A stretch of 64,000 nucleotides of DNA from IMG/VR virus record IMGVR_UViG_3300008448_000043; one strand, 5' to 3'. Of the stretch, positions 59,901 through 64,000 are shown one piece after another. The translations under genes were made by a program, and so were the position numbers. Source of the DNA: an uncultured virus (IMG/VR IMGVR_UViG_3300008448_000043). Lineage: Duplodnaviria; Heunggongvirae; Uroviricota; Caudoviricetes. The notes beneath the pieces are model-generated. The model was given only the letters and a program-made list of their open reading frames with translations, was not told the DNA's origin and made no database searches. The first letter of the stretch is position 1; each line of letters starts with the position of its first letter.

Positions 59901-62900
59901 ATTATTGAGTGGAGTTGCAAGATCTATTGTAAAATTGAGCTGCGATGTTGTAGTATCGTAGAAGTTATCGTACGGAGGAAACAACTGCATTGCTCCTTGA
60001 TAGCTCCATGTACTCTGAGTAACTCTCCTCTGTCTATTTGCCAGTGGTTGTTCAGTGTAGAGTTTTTGAGTGTAGCTCAATGTAGCCAAATCACCCTTAA
60101 ATGTTAGATTTGAAGACGCTGAGGTATTTGCAACTAGATCAATCATCCTTGAATCTAGCTGAGGTCTAGCTATACTTTTTATGGGATCTATGGTAATTAG
60201 ATATTCGGGATTATTGACATCTGAAATATCGTATGTAGAGAAAGAGTCTACAAAGAATCCGTTTTTGAATCTGTTTATTGAACTATTTGCTTCGCTAGGA
60301 ATTACAAGGTCACTTGCATTTGTTTCCAAAAGAGATAGTAGAGAGTAATATTCTAGCTTGGAAATTCTATCCTCAATCCTTCGAATATCACTCATTGTGT
60401 AGTTTCTGATCTGATCTTGTTTCACCAGAGTAGAATATTCTGGACGACCACTATCCTTAGCTTGCTTTGGTGATAGGGTTGGGTAAGGTGGAACATGTAC
60501 AGTTCCAAGAGACATTCCAGTATCCGGAGCTTTTGGAGGCTCAGGGTTCTCTGAAGGAACACCCTCCACAATACTAATTTGACCAAATTGATCCAGAATA
60601 ACTCTATCTGCTCGTCTCAAGTAGTGTTCAATCTCTGCCTCAAAATCCTTGTTTGGTGTTGGAAAGTAAAGAGTACCTGTGAGAGTGTTTGTACCTGATG
60701 GATCAATAGTAGCACCAGCAACAGTGTTTGCATTAACGTTTGCTGTATTAGATACTATTGGTCTAAAATCTATTGCATCTCTTAAATTGATAGTAATACC
60801 AGATTTAGGTGAGACGTGGTTTGGTATATCCTGAGTTCTTATCTCCGTGTTAGCATTATAGGTGTTAGAGTCGTTTACAGGATACGATTCCGTAGAGATA
60901 TAGTATCCAGATCCGTGGGTGAAGCAGCTCAATTCTACTAGCAAGCAGGATGAAGAAGTTAGTGATAGTGTTCCTCCAGGCCTCTTTCTAAGACTAGCTA
61001 GTTTGTATACATTGTCTGTTTGACCACTAATCAACTCAAAGCTGTTCTTATAGTTTGTGGTGGTGTTGGAGTACGTGTTACCCGTTCCAACATACACTGC
61101 ATCAATGCTATAAACATCAGGAATACCCAGACTCCAAGGACCTTTATTTTTTGCTGATAGTATTGATGTTGAGAGCTTTACGAATACTCCCTTTTTGACT
61201 GTTTTTGTTTTAGGGCTAGCGCTGCTAACTTGAATATCGTGATATATCTTTGAAGTAACAGAAGTCGCAAGCGTATTACCCAAGAAGATAGTAGCCTGTT
61301 GTCTTGCACCGTCAATATTTACATTAGCAGATCCTTTATCCAACCTCACTGGGACATTCTTAGGATATGCTAATGTGTATGTGTTTGACACGAGTGAAGC
61401 TGGACCAGCACCTGCAACCTTCATAGTTGTTGGAGAAGTGATTGATGCAATTCTAAAGAAGCCTGAATCACCACTGAATTTAACGTAGTCACCTTGATCT
61501 AATTCGGAAATGAAGCTTGTACCAACTCCAGTAATTGTATTTCCAGAAGTAGATATTGTACCGGATAATGTAGTTGAAGATACTACATTAGAGGCAGGTA
61601 CTACAATGAAATCTAATGTCTGAATATCGTTGAGAGGTGAGCTAGCAGTGTATGGGAAATACTCTGATCCTGTTAGATTAATTATGGCCGTGCCAGTACC
61701 ATCAAAGGTATAGTTAGCAGCTGTTCTGTATATAAACTCTTCATTGGTAAATTGTTTTACTGCTTGAACACCTGAAGAGAATAAAAGTGAATCAAAATCA
61801 GTATCTTGTAGCTGCGCACCGGCATCATCCAACACACAGTCAGCAGTTCCATCACCACTTTGAACCGATAACACATCTTCGAATGCAAATCCGGGATTGA
61901 GGGCTATATCATAAAGATACAGTCTGTAAGTAGCAGAAGGTGTGCCTATATTTCCGGAGTGGTACACGAACGATCGTATTTTAGCTGTTCCAATTAACGA
62001 ACCCGGTGTTGTTGGTCCACCACCGTAGTTATCTGTGATATCTGTAGCAGCAGCGTTTCTTAAGTTTACCGATCCACCAGAAGTAAAATCAAAATTACCA
62101 AGCATCTCGTTAATTAAAACATAGTTGCCGTAATTTGTTGAAATCACCTGACTTGCTAGGTTTGCAGTATCAGTTCCTTTTCTGATAGGAGTTCTTACAA
62201 TATCCTCAATCTCCATTCTGTAACCATCAACATAACCAACACCAGATCCAATGGAGACATCAATGTGTGTGGTGTTTCCAGTGATTTCTTCAGTATATAT
62301 GTTAAATGGTCTAACGACGTAATCTCCACTCTCCTCGGCAGTTCTTCTTGCTAACTTAGAGTTAATCGAATTAAATTCTGTTTCTGTTCTTCTTCTAACA
62401 ATCTTACCGCGCTCATACTCCAACAAGCTAAAGAATTCTGTATTAGCTGCAGCATCAGCCTTAGTTTTAACAACTAAAGATGGTGTTAGCTTCAAACGGT
62501 ATGCACCAGGTGCAGTAAAGTTGCTATATCCCTGTGCATTGTCAAGTAGTGTTGTATCTACACTATTATTAACCACAGACTCAAGAGTGTTGAAACCAAG
62601 AACTAAACCATCGGGTTCTGAAGAGAATCTGTCAATAATAGTGGTTTGCGTTTCTACTCTTACAAAATTACCTTTTTGATATATTACTCCATCAGAAACG
62701 GTTGCAGCACTACCTAAACCTGTAGGTGTTGTTGAGTTTGCACTGAAACTTGAGTTAGCAACAGTAACGTCAGCAATATAGTTTTTGACTGTGAATTGAG
62801 CACCAGAACCAGTAGATGTGGTTATAGATAGCGATGGTGCAGTTGTGTATCCACTACCTTGAGATGTAATTGTAACTGATCTAATCGTACCGTTTGCATA

Positions 62901-63473
62901 TGTAATTAATGTGGCAGCTGCGCCAGAACCATCTCCACCTGAGAAAGATATACTATCACTGTTGCTATAAAGAGTACCACCACTATCAATAGTAATATCC
63001 TCAACAGGATAGTTACGATCAAATACTCGAACAACGTCTGAGTTAGCAAAAGTCTTTTTATCTCCCGTACCGGTATTAAGGTACTTCACAAAGAGCATGT
63101 TTGTATCAGGATCTTGTGATTCAAGACCATCAAATGAATTAACAACCAGTGATTGTAGGTTGGATGATAGATGGATAGCGTATGCGTTCACATAATTTGA
63201 AGGAACTGCAGTCTGGCCATCTACCTGTAGATCCAGAATTTTAATGTAATAATAGTTATAATCAAAAGTAAAAGTACATCCTTTGAGAATAGTACCCTGC
63301 TTGTAGATGTTGTCACCAAATCTTTCAAACTGATTTTGTAAAATGGACTGTAGCTGAGTTAATTCTCTTGCCTGAACAGGCACGGCAGGGCGGAAAAGAA
63401 CTCTATGAAAGTTCTTCTCTTCGTCGTAATCATCATAAAAAGGAGCTACGTTTAGATTAGTGTCAAGTGGCAT
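56964..63473 (-). CDS. large virion structural protein (DUF4815 / VrlC-like)
   Basis: 'NLNVAPFYDDYD...VLFRP..VQARELTQLQSILQNQ', 'APGAYRL', 'RFKNGFFVDSF'. Confidence 0.88.
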   Translation of the reverse strand: MPLDTNLNVAPFYDDYDEEKNFHRVLFRPAVPVQARELTQLQSILQNQFERFGDNIYKQGTILKGCTFTFDYNYYYIKILDLQVDGQTAVPSNYVNAYAIHLSSNLQSLVVNSFDGLESQDPDTNMLFVKYLNTGTGDKKTFANSDVVRVFDRNYPVEDITIDSGGTLYSNSDSISFSGGDGSGAAATLITYANGTIRSVTITSQGSGYTTAPSLSITTSTGSGAQFTVKNYIADVTVANSSFSANSTTPTGLGSAATVSDGVIYQKGNFVRVETQTTIIDRFSSEPDGLVLGFNTLESVVNNSVDTTLLDNAQGYSNFTAPGAYRLKLTPSLVVKTKADAAANTEFFSLLEYERGKIVRRRTETEFNSINSKLARRTAEESGDYVVRPFNIYTEEITGNTTHIDVSIGSGVGYVDGYRMEIEDIVRTPIRKGTDTANLASQVISTNYGNYVLINEMLGNFDFTSGGSVNLRNAAATDITDNYGGGPTTPGSLIGTAKIRSFVYHSGNIGTPSATYRLYLYDIALNPGFAFEDVLSVQSGDGTADCVLDDAGAQLQDTDFDSLLFSSGVQAVKQFTNEEFIYRTAANYTFDGTGTAIINLTGSEYFPYTASSPLNDIQTLDFIVVPASNVVSSTTLSGTISTSGNTITGVGTSFISELDQGDYVKFSGDSGFFRIASITSPTTMKVAGAGPASLVSNTYTLAYPKNVPVRLDKGSANVNIDGARQQATIFLGNTLATSVTSKIYHDIQVSSASPKTKTVKKGVFVKLSTSILSAKNKGPWSLGIPDVYSIDAVYVGTGNTYSNTTTNYKNSFELISGQTDNVYKLASLRKRPGGTLSLTSSSCLLVELSCFTHGSGYYISTESYPVNDSNTYNANTEIRTQDIPNHVSPKSGITINLRDAIDFRPIVSNTANVNANTVAGATIDPSGTNTLTGTLYFPTPNKDFEAEIEHYLRRADRVILDQFGQISIVEGVPSENPEPPKAPDTGMSLGTVHVPPYPTLSPKQAKDSGRPEYSTLVKQDQIRNYTMSDIRRIEDRISKLEYYSLLSLLETNASDLVIPSEANSSINRFKNGFFVDSFSTYDISDVNNPEYLITIDPIKSIARPQLDSRMIDLVANTSASSNLTFKGDLATLSYTQKLYTEQPLANRQRRVTQSTWSYQGAMQLFPPYDNFYDTTTSQLNFTIDLATPLNNLINAINKNPNFKAGGTTIAQTATAWNTVSTNRNGSENQQSTVTTQTTTTQNQLSVGSTVTNTQEIGDFVTDFSLNPYIRPQWVSFVASGLRPGTKHYVYFDKRPVSNLTLPAQFDIDLFNSYDKTTDLDKTSSTTGYSIIGDLGDVLVANTLGMLAGTFYIEEQKYFCGDREVLLLDVDDYQSADTTISRASCVFSAYNFTKDMATLSVTTKKPGNITNVLLSNTTTTVTTATRTTAPPPDPLAQTFAVSLNDGTDGIYITKVDLYFKQKDSNFGLVVQIRETDPSSGAPIPSILAQKMVPSKYVNVSNNSSAVTTVIFNSPVYVRHGRDYAVVLLPDADSPEYIAWSAEAGYPDILTNVAKNKDWGDGSCYLSSNDKVWTPLINEDIKFRVYCADFTNSQFGTVVFENDNIEFMTIANTQGSFEVGEAIAQKANTYLSTQFGNSSINSRGLSVITTTNNISGTVTMDDYLLIVYGNNAVTGTGTVTVTSSDTTVTGSSSTFTTQYAVGDFICINNELRQVVTIANNTQLTIDAPLSSAVTTNTHLSVTETFQVVRVITANTTTVTIKNKPRFTINNTTVFASAQKVVRGILSQKDNDDTVIVKDSNASNSSFLFQTGKTIFGDRSQSSAVISSIDNSTFSFVEPHIMTNIPPTTSITLTQRADRVSGAASNNAMSFGVSNKTVAVSQIRSKSNEITQLSGAKSFKLYARLTRNADTVLVAPVIDVSPVSILTKRNIINNSAVDETTSYGNSQVRYVSRRVVLADKLDAEDMRVYLTAYKPSGSSILVYGKVLSGVDSEDFENKDWTLLEQVTEANLYSDKANEYDYIEYEYAPKLSPPSSTIDGRVQTYSNTTLVGVGTDFTLLAANDLVKIVGFDTNTDYEVNIVNSVANTTSLTLKNALGPYSNTTATGLILEKITQPGASFKYDAGDGAILRYYNSSGSLYTGYKTYAIKVVLLSSSEHFPPILKDIRALAVSL

Positions 63474-63485
63474 TTGTTCCTCTAA

Positions 63486-64000
63486 TTAAAATTCCAATAT
63501 TAATTTTAACGATTCTGTTTGTCCGGATGTCTTCGATATCGGTACAAAATTCTCAATGTAAATTACATCACCTGTGTTTTTAACCAAGTCAGGTGGGATG
63601 ATTGCATCTATTGATGCTCGAGCCGATGAGTTAGCTCCGTCAATATATTCAGTAGTACTTATATCGGATGTATTGAATGTTCCTTTGGGATCTACGACCC
63701 TTATTACTGTGGCATTGGATGAATAAAAATAAGCATTAGCTGCTATTTGGTACACTCTTTCATCCTCTATAAAATTGTTAGATGTTTGGAGTGAGGCAAC
63801 AAATTTTGTTGTCTGATCAACATACGTTGTCGGTTGTGAAATTGCATCGCATATCGCAGTGTATCCTGAAACATTACCAGTTAGTAAGTTGGTTGATGAA
63901 TTTCCTGTTGCGAAGAAACCAAAAGCATTCGACAGTTTAACCGATGTACTGTTTGCTGATACAACTATACCGTATGCTCCAGTGTTGGATTGAGATACAC
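63486..64000 (-). CDS. gp8: baseplate wedge protein, 3' part (truncated by window edge)
   Basis: Frame open to the window end; C-terminus 'GDVIYIEN..PI.K...QTESLKLILEF' matches gp8-like proteins. Confidence 0.8.
   Translation of the reverse strand, partial: VSQSNTGAYGIVVSANSTSVKLSNAFGFFATGNSSTNLLTGNVSGYTAICDAISQPTTYVDQTTKFVASLQTSNNFIEDERVYQIAANAYFYSSNATVIRVVDPKGTFNTSDISTTEYIDGANSSARASIDAIIPPDLVKNTGDVIYIENFVPISKTSGQTESLKLILEF

Overview
This 64-kb window comes from a large T4-like myophage (Tevenvirinae/Kyanoviridae-like gene order). Every credible gene is on the minus strand. In transcription order (high to low coordinate) it holds: the end of baseplate wedge gp8, a 2169-aa DUF4815-type virion protein, and a ~30-kb fibre/glycosylation island. 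That island has Asn/Thr-rich fibres, three Cys-rich RCC1-repeat proteins, nine ADP-heptose/glycosyltransferase/methyltransferase genes and three paralogous 7x43-aa propeller proteins. Next come the conserved gp13-gp23 neck/terminase/tail/head block, gp3, uvsY, uvsW, gp55, gp47 and gp46, peptide deformylase, queE/PRTase/queD, small early genes, and a tRNA region (tRNA-CAT, Ser-TGA, Ser-GCT, Cys-GCA). The most notable unexplained signals are four. (1) An unannotated sigma70 promoter, 29-codon leader ORF and mutually exclusive antiterminator/terminator sit directly upstream of the tRNA-Ser genes, a candidate translation-sensing attenuator of phage tRNAs. (2) A candidate virion glycosylation system: heptose pathway genes and TPR/GT9-like transferases beside fibres rich in N-X-S/T. 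(3) About 600 nt of densely structured non-coding sequence, plus two homologous long-stem elements that begin at CCA. (4) A possible modular docking chain of fibre proteins that includes an unannotated 36-aa peptide. All calls are from motif recognition by eye; no searches or folding programs were run.
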